The notes under the pieces: model-generated
The model's input: the letters and a program-made list of their open reading frames with translations, nothing else
What the model was told of the DNA's origin: nothing
Databases searched by the model: none
Origin: a virus
Lineage: Duplodnaviria; Caudoviricetes
Direction: 5' to 3' (one strand)
Length of the DNA: 60,404 nt
IMG/VR virus record: IMGVR_UViG_3300013006_001053
Location: 1-60,404 of that record
Program-made: the position numbers and the translations under genes
In this document: positions 19,795-28,206 of the stretch, in pieces
Numbering within the stretch: position 1 is the stretch's first letter
Layout of the letters: each line of letters starts with the position of its first letter

Positions 19795-19822
19795 TGAGCA
19801 GTTTTTATTCTTGCTCAGGAAT
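19795..19822 (-). ncRNA. Repeated pseudoknot element, copy 5
   Basis: AUUC-CUGAGCAA-GAAU-AAAAAC-UGCUCA. Confidence 0.7.
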
Positions 19823-19829
19823 TATTTAT

Positions 19830-20012
19830 TTAGTAAACGCTTATGTTGCAGGCTTCAAAAAATTTATCTGCTTTGAAATTTTTATTATCCTCTGCAAACA
19901 TTGCAGCAAAGTCATCAACAAGATCGTGATAAGTAAACTCATCACCGATCAAATCTTTATAAGATGAAAGAATATCTGAAACAGCAACATAGTCTTTTCT
20001 GCTCATCGGCAT
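19830..20012 (-). CDS. Hypothetical protein (MSRKDY...DNxxFxxxKF family)
   Basis: Recurrent phage early-protein pattern. Confidence 0.7.
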   Translation of the reverse strand: MPMSRKDYVAVSDILSSYKDLIGDEFTYHDLVDDFAAMFAEDNKNFKADKFFEACNISVY

Positions 20013-20218
20013 TAGTCTGCCACCTTAAGAATTGCATAAGTGCCGTTTTCGTTAATTTCATCAAGCACTGGCTGAATTTTTGGTGCTAGTAATTCTTTTA
20101 GCATTGACTCTAGCATTTCAATTTGCATTTCTTTTTCTAGTGATAGCAAGCGAATTCCTACTGGGTGAGTTTCATCAACCTCAGTTACGAATTTCAAGTT
20201 GTGTACGATTTTTACCAT
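20012..20218 (-). CDS. Hypothetical protein
   Basis: RBS AAGGAG. Confidence 0.65.
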   Translation of the reverse strand: MVKIVHNLKFVTEVDETHPVGIRLLSLEKEMQIEMLESMLKELLAPKIQPVLDEINENGTYAILKVAD

Positions 20219-20538
20219 TTATTTATTCTCCTTCAGGTGTTGTGAATAGTTTAACGCAGGCGCATTGTACAAGTTTAATTGTATCGCCTTCCACCGACAA
20301 AGTGGCAAGGGTATTGCATTCATCGCATAGAGTTACATATTGCAATTCATCAAATAGGTTTCCCATTAGTTTTGACCTTTCTCAAATAGTTCTTTGCATT
20401 TATTAGGGTTTTCCCAATATGGCTCGCCTTCGTGGTATAGTGCAGGGGCTAAGACTACCTGACCGCAAGGACAAGTATTCATCATACCAAGCGGATAGTG
20501 GTTAGCCTTAGCGAAAGTTGTCCAGTTGCTTGCCATTA

Positions 20539-20763
20539 TTACTCACCAACCTTAACCGCAATAGTTGCATAGAAATCAGGCTGATATAGATTACCTTTTA
20601 TGTATTGTGGGCGCACCTTGATAGTGTAAGCCTCAAAGTTTTCACCATACCAAATTGCTGGGCGTGGTTCTGCCCATACAATAGTACCCTCAATATTGCG
20701 AGAGTTTGAGCGATAGTGTTTTCCGTCAAGTAGATCAACGATAGAGTATTTTTTAGTTGCCAT
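20539..20763 (-). CDS. Hypothetical protein
   Basis: Start MATKK after AAGGAAG and a promoter. Confidence 0.65.
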   Translation of the reverse strand: MATKKYSIVDLLDGKHYRSNSRNIEGTIVWAEPRPAIWYGENFEAYTIKVRPQYIKGNLYQPDFYATIAVKVGE

Positions 20764-20822
20764 TATTAGCACTTCCTTTTCTTTATATTACTATTCTAGC
20801 AGGGGGGTCTGACATTTAGGGG

Positions 20823-20875
20823 CATTTATTTGCTAGGCTCACTGTGATACTGGTCACATTTATTTGCTAGGCTCA
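20823..20875. repeat. 19-bp direct repeat flanking a perfect Crp box
   Basis: CATTTATTTGCTAGGCTCA at 20823 and 20857. Confidence 0.85.
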
Positions 20876-21106
20876 TTGCCTTATCTGTCCTTATTTAATT
20901 GTTATAGTATCAATACTAGCAGACATAAGCCAGAAATGCAAGTCGACACGCCGTAAACGGGGAGTGAATTAGATCACACGTAAGTTATCCACAGCCTGTG
21001 GAAAACGGGCCGGGCTTCATTCCTTCCCGAATAAATAAAAGGAATAAAATAAAAGACCAATGCAAAAAAAGAATGCAGCGTTGCCGCTAATAAAAAAGTT
21101 ACTCAT

Positions 21107-21298
21107 TTATTCTCCTCTGCTTTCTTTATCTGCTTCCCAATCAGATAGCCATACACGATAAGCAATTGGGTCGCAATTAAAAAGAATTTCGGAGGCGGTG
21201 AAAGTTAAATAGCCAATTTTTACATCGGGATAACATTCATCAAGCATTTGATCAAACTCTTCTTTTATTTCTAAATCTTTTTCAAATTGTGTTTTCAA
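21107..21298 (-). CDS. Hypothetical protein
   Basis: LDECYP..IG...DPIAYR phage motif. Confidence 0.65.
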   Translation of the reverse strand: MKTQFEKDLEIKEEFDQMLDECYPDVKIGYLTFTASEILFNCDPIAYRVWLSDWEADKESRGE

Positions 21299-21467
21299 TT
21301 ATTTTTCTCCAATTCTAAATCACTTTTAAACATTGCAAGAATTCTTTCTCTTTCAGTATCCGCAAGGCTTGCCCATAGGTAACCTGCTAGATAGTGAACG
21401 CCAGTATCTTTATCGTTTCCACGAATTTTATTTAGTACGGCTAAAACTTCTTTTGTTTCAATATTCA

Positions 21468-21644
21468 TTATTTAACTCCTTTGATATGTCCTGAGATACC
21501 GAGAGCGTCGCAAGACACTTGCAAGGTAATTGCTTTGGGTAGCGCATTAGGTAGCGCCTTGATATAGTTATCAGCAAGAGAAGCGGTAGCAAATTCCACA
21601 CGCTTAGTGTTACCATTAAATGAAGTCAATTTTACTTGTACCAT
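21468..21644 (-). CDS. Small protein, paralog of 22288..22461
   Basis: MVQVKLTSFNGNTK...VSCDALGISGHIKG. Confidence 0.65.
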   Translation of the reverse strand: MVQVKLTSFNGNTKRVEFATASLADNYIKALPNALPKAITLQVSCDALGISGHIKGVK

Positions 21645-22113
21645 TATTACTTACCTACCTTTTCTGCATAGATAGCATTAGGCGCACAATATAAGGCGCA
21701 TTGGCAATTAGTTAAGCCATTACGATTATTTAGCATTAGATGACGATTATATTGCTGAATATAACCGAGGTTATGAGTTAGTATGTTAGTCATTATTTTG
21801 ACCCTTTCTAGTTTAAGGTATTTCCTTAACTTTCTTTATATGACAAGTATAGCAGGGGGGTCTGACAAATGGACTTGGACATTAAAGGGCAATTCGGACA
21901 TATGGGATATGTGATAAGGCTCACATTTCATAAGATCACCCTGTGTATAACTTAACCTCACCCTGTGGATAACTTTTTTAGGCCGGGCTGTGTGATGTAA
22001 CTCACAAAAATAAATTACGACACGCCCGAGAAAAGGGGTCAAAATGTCAGTGGTAGGTGCTAGAATACTATGTATAGAAGGTTAAAGTATAACCAAAAGA
22101 AAGGTGGTCTAAA

Positions 22114-22287
22114 ATGACTACACTAAATAAAACACAATACCTACTAACTTGGGTTGGTACTAATATGGGTTGGACAGGTACTATCCAAGCCCTTTGCGAA
22201 AGCGAGACTAAGGCTTGGGATTACCTAAGCCAAAAGGTCTTAGAAGGTTGGGTAGTGTTAGAAACTACCCTAGAGGAGGTTAAATAA
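22114..22287 (+). CDS. Hypothetical protein
   Basis: RBS GAAAGGTGG; first gene after the plus-strand TGTCAG promoter. Confidence 0.65.
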   Translation: MTTLNKTQYLLTWVGTNMGWTGTIQALCESETKAWDYLSQKVLEGWVVLETTLEEVK

Positions 22288-22461
22288 ATGAAAGTTACAT
22301 TAACATCTATGCAAGGTAACACTCGCAACATAGAACTTATGTCTAAGCAAGAGGTTTTAGATTTTATTGATTTATTTAAATTAACATTACACGCTAATCA
22401 GAGAGTTAAGGTAACTTGCGATCTGCTAGGCATTGACGGTTATTTGCAAGGTGTCTCCTAG
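22288..22461 (+). CDS. Small protein, paralog of 21468..21644
   Basis: MKVTLTSMQGNTR...VTCDLLGIDGYLQG; RBS GGAGG. Confidence 0.65.
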   Translation: MKVTLTSMQGNTRNIELMSKQEVLDFIDLFKLTLHANQRVKVTCDLLGIDGYLQGVS

Positions 22462-22584
22462 AAATAGGAGCACCCGCATACGTGCGCTGTATTAATTTGC
22501 TATTTTATTTATTTATATGTGTATCGTACATCTCAAACATTTTGTCAGGAAGTTATAATATTGATAGTGTGCTACAATTAGTAT

Positions 22585-23028
22585 ATGAAAAATGAAATTT
22601 GGAAACCAGTAACACAAATTAAAAAGAAAAATCAGATTCTTAATTTTGAAGGGTATGAAGTATCAAACCTTGGTAGGGTAAGAACCTATAAACAAAAGTA
22701 TGGCAAAGTATCTAAATCTGCCACGCACTCTGGTTTGAATAGACCATTAAGATCAACTCCTATTTTTATAACAGGTCGTCCTGATATCCGAGGGTATATG
22801 CAATTATGCTTATCTGACACAAATAAGAAACGTCATAACATAAGAATACACGTAGTCGTAATACAAACTTTTCTGGGTTTTCCAGAAGAAGGTTTGATAG
22901 TTTGTCATTTCAATGATATTAAGACGGATAACCGTCTAGAGAATTTAAGGTATGGAACACATAAAGAAAACAGTCAAGACGCTGTAAGAAACAATACTGG
23001 TGTTGGAAAACCGAAACCTAAAATTTAA
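22585..23028 (+). CDS. NUMOD4/HNH homing endonuclease
   Basis: EIWKPV..YEVSNLGRVR and HFNDIKTDNRLENLRYGTHKEN. Confidence 0.9.
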   Translation: MKNEIWKPVTQIKKKNQILNFEGYEVSNLGRVRTYKQKYGKVSKSATHSGLNRPLRSTPIFITGRPDIRGYMQLCLSDTNKKRHNIRIHVVVIQTFLGFPEEGLIVCHFNDIKTDNRLENLRYGTHKENSQDAVRNNTGVGKPKPKI

Positions 23029-23075
23029 AATTTTTCAGATTTTCCAGGGGATAGGAATAAGGTATAATAATACCT

Positions 23076-23240
23076 ATGGGAATACTAGATAACTTAGATA
23101 ATGCTTGGGATAATAACCTATCGTTTGAAAGCTCAAACCACAAACCAGAATATCCAAACCTGGCTGTAAAAATATTTTCAGATATTTGTTGCAATGGTTG
23201 TGCTTGCCAAACCTCAGATGCTCACAAACCAGAAAACTAA
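23076..23240 (+). CDS. Small hypothetical protein
   Basis: Leaderless after GGTATAAT; CCxxCxC. Confidence 0.5.
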   Translation: MGILDNLDNAWDNNLSFESSNHKPEYPNLAVKIFSDICCNGCACQTSDAHKPEN

Positions 23241-23311
23241 GGTTTTATATTTATAACGGTTTGTTATAGTTAAAAATTCGAGGGGATATAAACATCTCCT
23301 GGCTAAACAAA

Positions 23312-23518
23312 TCACCATTTCCCAATAGGACAACGAGCATCTAATAGATCAGTCTTTAACTTCATAAAGCAATTACACTTCTTACATCTGGCACCATTCT
23401 TTTTAAAGAATTCGCAATTGGTGCATATAGCCATACGCTGATCTATAACTTCTTTGCTGGCTCTAGGAGTAGCAGGTTTGAGCCAATCTCCAATAGTAAC
23501 ATCTTCCATACAAACCAT
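23312..23518 (-). CDS. Cys-rich protein (DUF6171-like)
   Basis: RxAICxxC...CKKCNCFM...CPIGKW. Confidence 0.65.
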   Translation of the reverse strand: MVCMEDVTIGDWLKPATPRASKEVIDQRMAICTNCEFFKKNGARCKKCNCFMKLKTDLLDARCPIGKW

Positions 23519-23675
23519 TATAGCCTATATTGGGGATAGGATCCATTGTTAGACACTATTGGGAGTATGTCCCATATGTTGTCTATTGGAGGTTTGTATA
23601 CCCTCTATTTTCGGCTTTGTTGTATCCCGCCGAAATTTAAAACTTTATCTTAAATAATGATATAATTATGTTCTT

Positions 23676-23942
23676 ATGACAATACAAGACTGGGCTTCGT
23701 TAGTAGTAGCAATTCTTACAATTGTATCAACAATCGCTTTTGGAATTAAATGGCTTGTAAAGCATTATCTCGTCGAACTTAAACCTAATTCTGGATCATC
23801 CATGAAGGACCAAATTTCAAGGCTAGAAAGCGCTTTAGATGAACAAAGAATAGATTCGGTTAATTCTAGAAATCGCCAAGAGAAAAAACTTGATGAGATG
23901 TATAAAATTTTAATTGAGCATATTGAAAAAGTAAGTAAGTAA
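23676..23942 (+). CDS. Single-TM coiled-coil protein (holin-like)
   Basis: N-terminal TM, then ELKPNSGSSMKD typical of actinophage membrane proteins. Confidence 0.6.
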   Translation: MTIQDWASLVVAILTIVSTIAFGIKWLVKHYLVELKPNSGSSMKDQISRLESALDEQRIDSVNSRNRQEKKLDEMYKILIEHIEKVSK

Positions 23943-24236
23943 TATTTACTATATATAAACTATCTTTAAAAAACTTATTTACAGTATATTCTTTTCTTTA
24001 TATATTTAGTATACACTATCAATACCCTGGACTATTAGGATAAAACGGACATAAGGTATATAACCATTTATAACTCTTTTATAACGATTTAAACTATATA
24101 ACTATTTGTTATAAACTTCTTATATACCTGGTTTTAATTAAATAATAAGATATAATCTTGATGCTAGCACCCAGGTTGCTACCCCCACCCCACTGCGCTT
24201 GGGTGTCTAGCCTTATTTTATGGTATAATCAATGAT

Positions 24237-24653
24237 ATGTGCTCACCTACCATAGAACGATTCGGGGCTACCCCAGCAAATATACAATGGACCGTTGTTC
24301 GTGGAGACTATGCCTCATTTACAGTTTCATTTCTTGAAAATAACGAAGTTACAGAATTTGATACCGTTGGATGGGCTTTTGCCGCAACAGCCTATGATCC
24401 TACTACAGACGTTTTAGATGAGTTAGATGTTGAAGTTAATGGTTCGGTTATTACTGTCAGCGCCCCTGCCTCAGTTACTGAAAATTGGGGAACTAAATAT
24501 AAATCTGTAGTTGCAGAATTATCTTTTGACCTTCAAGCCGTAGTTCCAGATGGAACATCAACAATTACCTGGACCCCAGTAATTGGAACAATATGTGTTC
24601 TTGGAGATGTTTCTCCATCAACCACAAGAAACACTTTGGGTGGAGTATCTTAA
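24237..24653 (+). CDS. BppU-N-like virion protein
   Basis: VVRGDYASFTV; paralog of 8217 and 29549. Confidence 0.6.
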   Translation: MCSPTIERFGATPANIQWTVVRGDYASFTVSFLENNEVTEFDTVGWAFAATAYDPTTDVLDELDVEVNGSVITVSAPASVTENWGTKYKSVVAELSFDLQAVVPDGTSTITWTPVIGTICVLGDVSPSTTRNTLGGVS

Positions 24654-24741
24654 ATGATAATTAAAATTAAAGATGCTAATGTAAAATTGCCACCAATCAT
24701 AAAGGTAAATGGTACTGTTTTTAAAGTAAAGAAATAGTAAA

Positions 24742-25485
24742 ATGGCTATATCTAAAAATATGGATGCTCCAAAAGCAAGATATGCCGAAGCAATAAAATC
24801 AACCAAGGTTGAAGAATCTAATAATACTGAATACATTGCCGTTCCAGGAATTCAAGGAGAACGAGGAGATACTGGTCCAGCGGGACCGCAAGGCCCAGAA
24901 GGTCCAAGGGGTGAAAGAGGTATTCCAGGCAAAGATGGCAAGGATGGTCCACAGGGTCCTCAAGGCCCTAAAGGAGATCCTGGCAGGGGCGGGGGAGAAG
25001 GGTATGAGAGTCCTTCAGGTCAATACCCAGGTTGGGCATATTATGAAAATAAAAATAAAAAAACATTATTTTTAGGACCTGATAGAGGAGATGATGGCTG
25101 GGTAAATATTTTGATGGAAGATGATGAAACTAATAATATTTTAAAGTTTCTTCCAGAAGGCTCAGTATCACTCTGGAATTCATATACTCAAAGAATTAAT
25201 TTTAAGCAATTAAAGGTTGGGGCTAGGGTAGATATTAGATATGATATTGCTTTGACTACCGACACAAATAGCACAGAAGCCTGGATCAGAACTTATATTC
25301 CAAAAGTTGAATCTCCAACTGGATACATCGGAATGCTTAAATATAAATACCCTTATGAAATGTCAGTTAACCAAACCTTATATGTTGACTTATCAAAGAT
25401 CAAATCTGAAGGCGGGATGATTCAAGCCAGGGCAGATAATGAAAGTACAATCATGCTAAAGGGTATGTACATATCAGTTTCTTAG
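24742..25485 (+). CDS. Collagen-like (Gly-X-Y) protein
   Basis: About 16 consecutive GXY triplets plus a C-terminal beta domain. Confidence 0.85.
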   Translation: MAISKNMDAPKARYAEAIKSTKVEESNNTEYIAVPGIQGERGDTGPAGPQGPEGPRGERGIPGKDGKDGPQGPQGPKGDPGRGGGEGYESPSGQYPGWAYYENKNKKTLFLGPDRGDDGWVNILMEDDETNNILKFLPEGSVSLWNSYTQRINFKQLKVGARVDIRYDIALTTDTNSTEAWIRTYIPKVESPTGYIGMLKYKYPYEMSVNQTLYVDLSKIKSEGGMIQARADNESTIMLKGMYISVS

Positions 25486-25499
25486 TGGTATAATAAATT

Positions 25500-26141
25500 A
25501 TGAATAATTTTTTAGGTGGAAAAAGGTCAATAATACCTTCAGGATATTACGGAGATTCTGCAACAAACATTGTTGTTATAAAAGATTTCATTAACCAAGA
25601 AGACCTTATAAATATTCAAGATTTTTGCTCAACATTAACTAGTTTTAAAAATATACCAAATGATAATTGGGATAACCGTGTATGCGATAACTCAATTTTA
25701 AGGCAAGTGTCACCAAAAATAAATGAAATATTAAAAAAATATCAAAGTAATCATAAAAAAATAATTGAAGATTTTTTTAGTGTTCAGTTAAGAGACAATG
25801 TTCCAAGCGTTGTTATTTGGAGAGAGGGAGATGGACAAACACCTCACGCTGATAAAGAGCAAATAGATGGAAGCCCTAACCCATATCCAGAAAATGACAT
25901 TGCCTCTTTATTTTATTTAAATGATGATTACGAAGGTGGAGAAATTTACTTTCCAATGCAAAATTTACAAATAAAGCCATCTGCAGGATCAGCCGTATTT
26001 TTCCCAGGAGATAGATTTTATCAACATGGAGTTACTACCGTTAAAACTGGAAAACGTTTTACTTGTCCAGCATTTTGGAATGTAGTAGTTAACCATAAAG
26101 AAAATCAAAACAACAATACAATAAACAAAGGAGATAAATAA
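25500..26141 (+). CDS. 2OG-Fe(II) oxygenase (prolyl 4-hydroxylase-like)
   Basis: HAD...YLNDDYEGGE...HGV...R. Confidence 0.9.
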   Translation: MNNFLGGKRSIIPSGYYGDSATNIVVIKDFINQEDLINIQDFCSTLTSFKNIPNDNWDNRVCDNSILRQVSPKINEILKKYQSNHKKIIEDFFSVQLRDNVPSVVIWREGDGQTPHADKEQIDGSPNPYPENDIASLFYLNDDYEGGEIYFPMQNLQIKPSAGSAVFFPGDRFYQHGVTTVKTGKRFTCPAFWNVVVNHKENQNNNTINKGDK

Positions 26142-26806
26142 TGAGTACTAACAACGTTACAGTTGAAAATCCAGCAATGGCGATATATGTATATAAAAAC
26201 ACATTACATAAGGGTCTAAATCTTGTTGAAAGATTAGAAAAAACTATTGAAGAAAATAGTGATGGTTGGTTTAGGTGGTCTGAAGCTCAAGTTGGCGACT
26301 ATCAAACAATGAAGCATTATAGGGACTGTGTTGATTTTAAAGTAAGTAAGCAAAATTTTTTGCATAATGAAAAAGCAAACGCTTCAGATTTAAAAAATAT
26401 TTATAATGATATAGACGAAAGACTTCAGGCGTGTTTGCAACACTATTGCTCATTATATAATCTTACAATGGAATATCAAGAGGCTGTAAACTTTGTTAGA
26501 TATGGACAAGATCAACACTTTGCAGTTCATTCTGATCATGGCTTTAGCTATGTATGTACTGTTTCTTCTGTAATGTATTTAAATGATAACTATGAGGGTG
26601 GCGGACTATACTTCCCTTATCTTGACTATACATATCAGCCAGAAGAAGGAGACATTGTTTTATTTCCGTCCAACTTCTTATATTCTCACGCAGCTCTTCC
26701 AGTAGTATCAGGAACAAAATATGCTGCAGTTACCATGTTTGACTACAATGATCGTGTTCATGGTGCAAATTCTCCACTAAGACCCTCAAAAAATAACGGC
26801 ATGTAA
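26141..26806 (+). CDS. 2OG-Fe(II) oxygenase (prolyl 4-hydroxylase-like)
   Basis: HSD...YLNDNYEGG...HAALPVVSGTKY. Confidence 0.9.
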   Translation: MSTNNVTVENPAMAIYVYKNTLHKGLNLVERLEKTIEENSDGWFRWSEAQVGDYQTMKHYRDCVDFKVSKQNFLHNEKANASDLKNIYNDIDERLQACLQHYCSLYNLTMEYQEAVNFVRYGQDQHFAVHSDHGFSYVCTVSSVMYLNDNYEGGGLYFPYLDYTYQPEEGDIVLFPSNFLYSHAALPVVSGTKYAAVTMFDYNDRVHGANSPLRPSKNNGM

Positions 26807-27525
26807 TGTACAACATTGAAGCATATGAAATAGGTTTAGGAATGGGTGCAAACCTATCTCAGTTGCCAATGAAGAGAGACTGGATGGATAAAACATTTGA
26901 TGGGCATGCGTATAGATGTTTTCCTCTATCTTTAGCTAATCAAATAGGGTGGGGATTTTCTTTTCCAGAAGATATAACCGTAATTTGGGACGGAAATGAT
27001 TCAGAGCAAGGTGGACATATTGATATTATAACTGGAAAAAAATATGTTAATGCTTCAAGAGGAACAGCAACTTTGATCTTTAATATAAATTGGTTTTTTA
27101 AAACAGACCAGGATGTTAGTTTGCTATTCTATGGTCCACCAAACTTAGTTATTGATGGTGCTACCCCTTTAACGAATATTATAAGTACAAGTTTTTGGGA
27201 TAGTCCAATCCCAGTATCTTGGAAAATTACAAAGCCAAATGTTCCGATAACGTTTAAGGCAAATGAGCCAGTGATAGCAGTAATGCCACTATCTCTTGGA
27301 AAGTTAAATGAATCTATCATAACATTAAATGATAGCCCATATGAAGTAAACTCGTATCACAAAAGATTGACAGACTATGGAAATGTTATTTTAGAAAACA
27401 ATAAGATACCTAAGTGGTCTGATTTTTATAGAAGTGCTACAGATGAGCATGGTAATAAAATTGGTGAACACGAAGTTAAAAAAATTAAACTTCATACAGA
27501 AGATAAAAGGAGTAAAAGTGCTTAA
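26806..27525 (+). CDS. DUF6065-like protein
   Basis: RDWMD..HAYRCFPLSLANQIGW, GPPN, WKIT. Confidence 0.7.
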   Translation: MYNIEAYEIGLGMGANLSQLPMKRDWMDKTFDGHAYRCFPLSLANQIGWGFSFPEDITVIWDGNDSEQGGHIDIITGKKYVNASRGTATLIFNINWFFKTDQDVSLLFYGPPNLVIDGATPLTNIISTSFWDSPIPVSWKITKPNVPITFKANEPVIAVMPLSLGKLNESIITLNDSPYEVNSYHKRLTDYGNVILENNKIPKWSDFYRSATDEHGNKIGEHEVKKIKLHTEDKRSKSA

Positions 27526-28039
27526 GAATGGCATAGAGTTTTATTATGAAGTTTTAGACAACCCAGAACTTCTAATAGAAGAAATAAATAAATATGAGTG
27601 GTCCAAGCCAAGTGGAGTTAATATAGAAGATAGGTCTAATTCTGTTATATATTTTAACGACAAAAATAAACATGAAAAAATTTTTAACATTGTAAAAGTT
27701 GGGATAGATAAATTTTTAGGGCAATATAGAGATATTTATTATTTACCAGAATTAACATATTTTACAATAGAGGCATTAAAGTATGAACCTAATGAAAAAT
27801 ATGTTATGCACTATGATGACGGATCTAAGCATGTATCAAATAGAGTGACAAGTTGTGTCATATACTTAAACGATAATTATGAAGGTGGAGAAATAGAGTT
27901 TGTTAATTTTGGAATTAAAGAAAAGCCAGTAAAAAATTCTATGGTCTTGTTTCCTTCTAATTATCCATATGCACACGTAGCACACAGCGTTATCTCTGGA
28001 ACTAGATATGCTATTAATTTATTCATGGAGTATAAGTAA
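27518..28039 (+). CDS. 2OG-Fe(II) oxygenase
   Basis: HYD...YLNDNYEGGE...HVAH..GTRY; GTG start after AAGGAG. Confidence 0.88.
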   Translation: MLKNGIEFYYEVLDNPELLIEEINKYEWSKPSGVNIEDRSNSVIYFNDKNKHEKIFNIVKVGIDKFLGQYRDIYYLPELTYFTIEALKYEPNEKYVMHYDDGSKHVSNRVTSCVIYLNDNYEGGEIEFVNFGIKEKPVKNSMVLFPSNYPYAHVAHSVISGTRYAINLFMEYK

Positions 28040-28203
28040 TGGAAATTATAGAAGATATTGCTAAGATTATGCAATCAAAAGGCTATTGCGAAAAATCTTC
28101 ATATCAGTGGCTATGTTATGTTTTATCATCTATGGTAGACCCATCAAACTTTGATAAAGCAAAAGAAATAGCAGAAGGGCAAGAGCCACACGTGGCACAA
28201 TAA
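28039..28203 (+). CDS. Small hypothetical protein
   Basis: Fills the gap; TAATG coupling. Confidence 0.55.
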   Translation: MEIIEDIAKIMQSKGYCEKSSYQWLCYVLSSMVDPSNFDKAKEIAEGQEPHVAQ

Positions 28204-28206
28204 AAA

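Larger units (their letters stand above)
19758..21972. promoter_or_regulatory. DnaA boxes in early-region spacers
   Basis: TGTGGATAA at 19758 and 21964, TTATCCACA at 20985, TGTGGAAAA at 20997, TGTGTATAA at 21942. Confidence 0.7.
14902..22006. promoter_or_regulatory. Crp/GlxR-type boxes TGTGA-N6-TCACA (10 intergenic copies)
   Basis: Perfect at 18070, 20843, 21910, 21991. One mismatch at 14902, 15781, 17009, 18519, 19732, 20963. Confidence 0.8.
12146..22066. promoter_or_regulatory. Set of about 15 TGTCRG-N10-TANNNT promoters (PafBC/RecA-NDp type)
   Basis: Minus strand at 12146-67, 13089-110, 14814-35, 15519-40, 15721-42, 16434-55, 17891-912, 18460-81, 19377-98, 19565-86, 19682-703, 20278-99, 20793-814, 21846-67. 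Plus strand at 22045-66. Confidence 0.85.

Noticed and set aside
13723-19822. Pseudoknot repeats as hammerhead ribozymes or simple terminators
   Set aside because: CUGAG is not followed by the CUGANGA/GAAA core with three stems; stems are short and lack a U-tract on the coding strand
13600-22070. Possible CRISPR array or integron cassette array
   Set aside because: Repeats are short motifs at irregular spacing around whole genes. There is no constant repeat-spacer period, no attC structure, and no integrase or cas gene in the window.
12100-22100. LexA SOS boxes accompanying the damage-type promoters
   Set aside because: No CGAAC-N4-GTTCG seen by eye in the spacers
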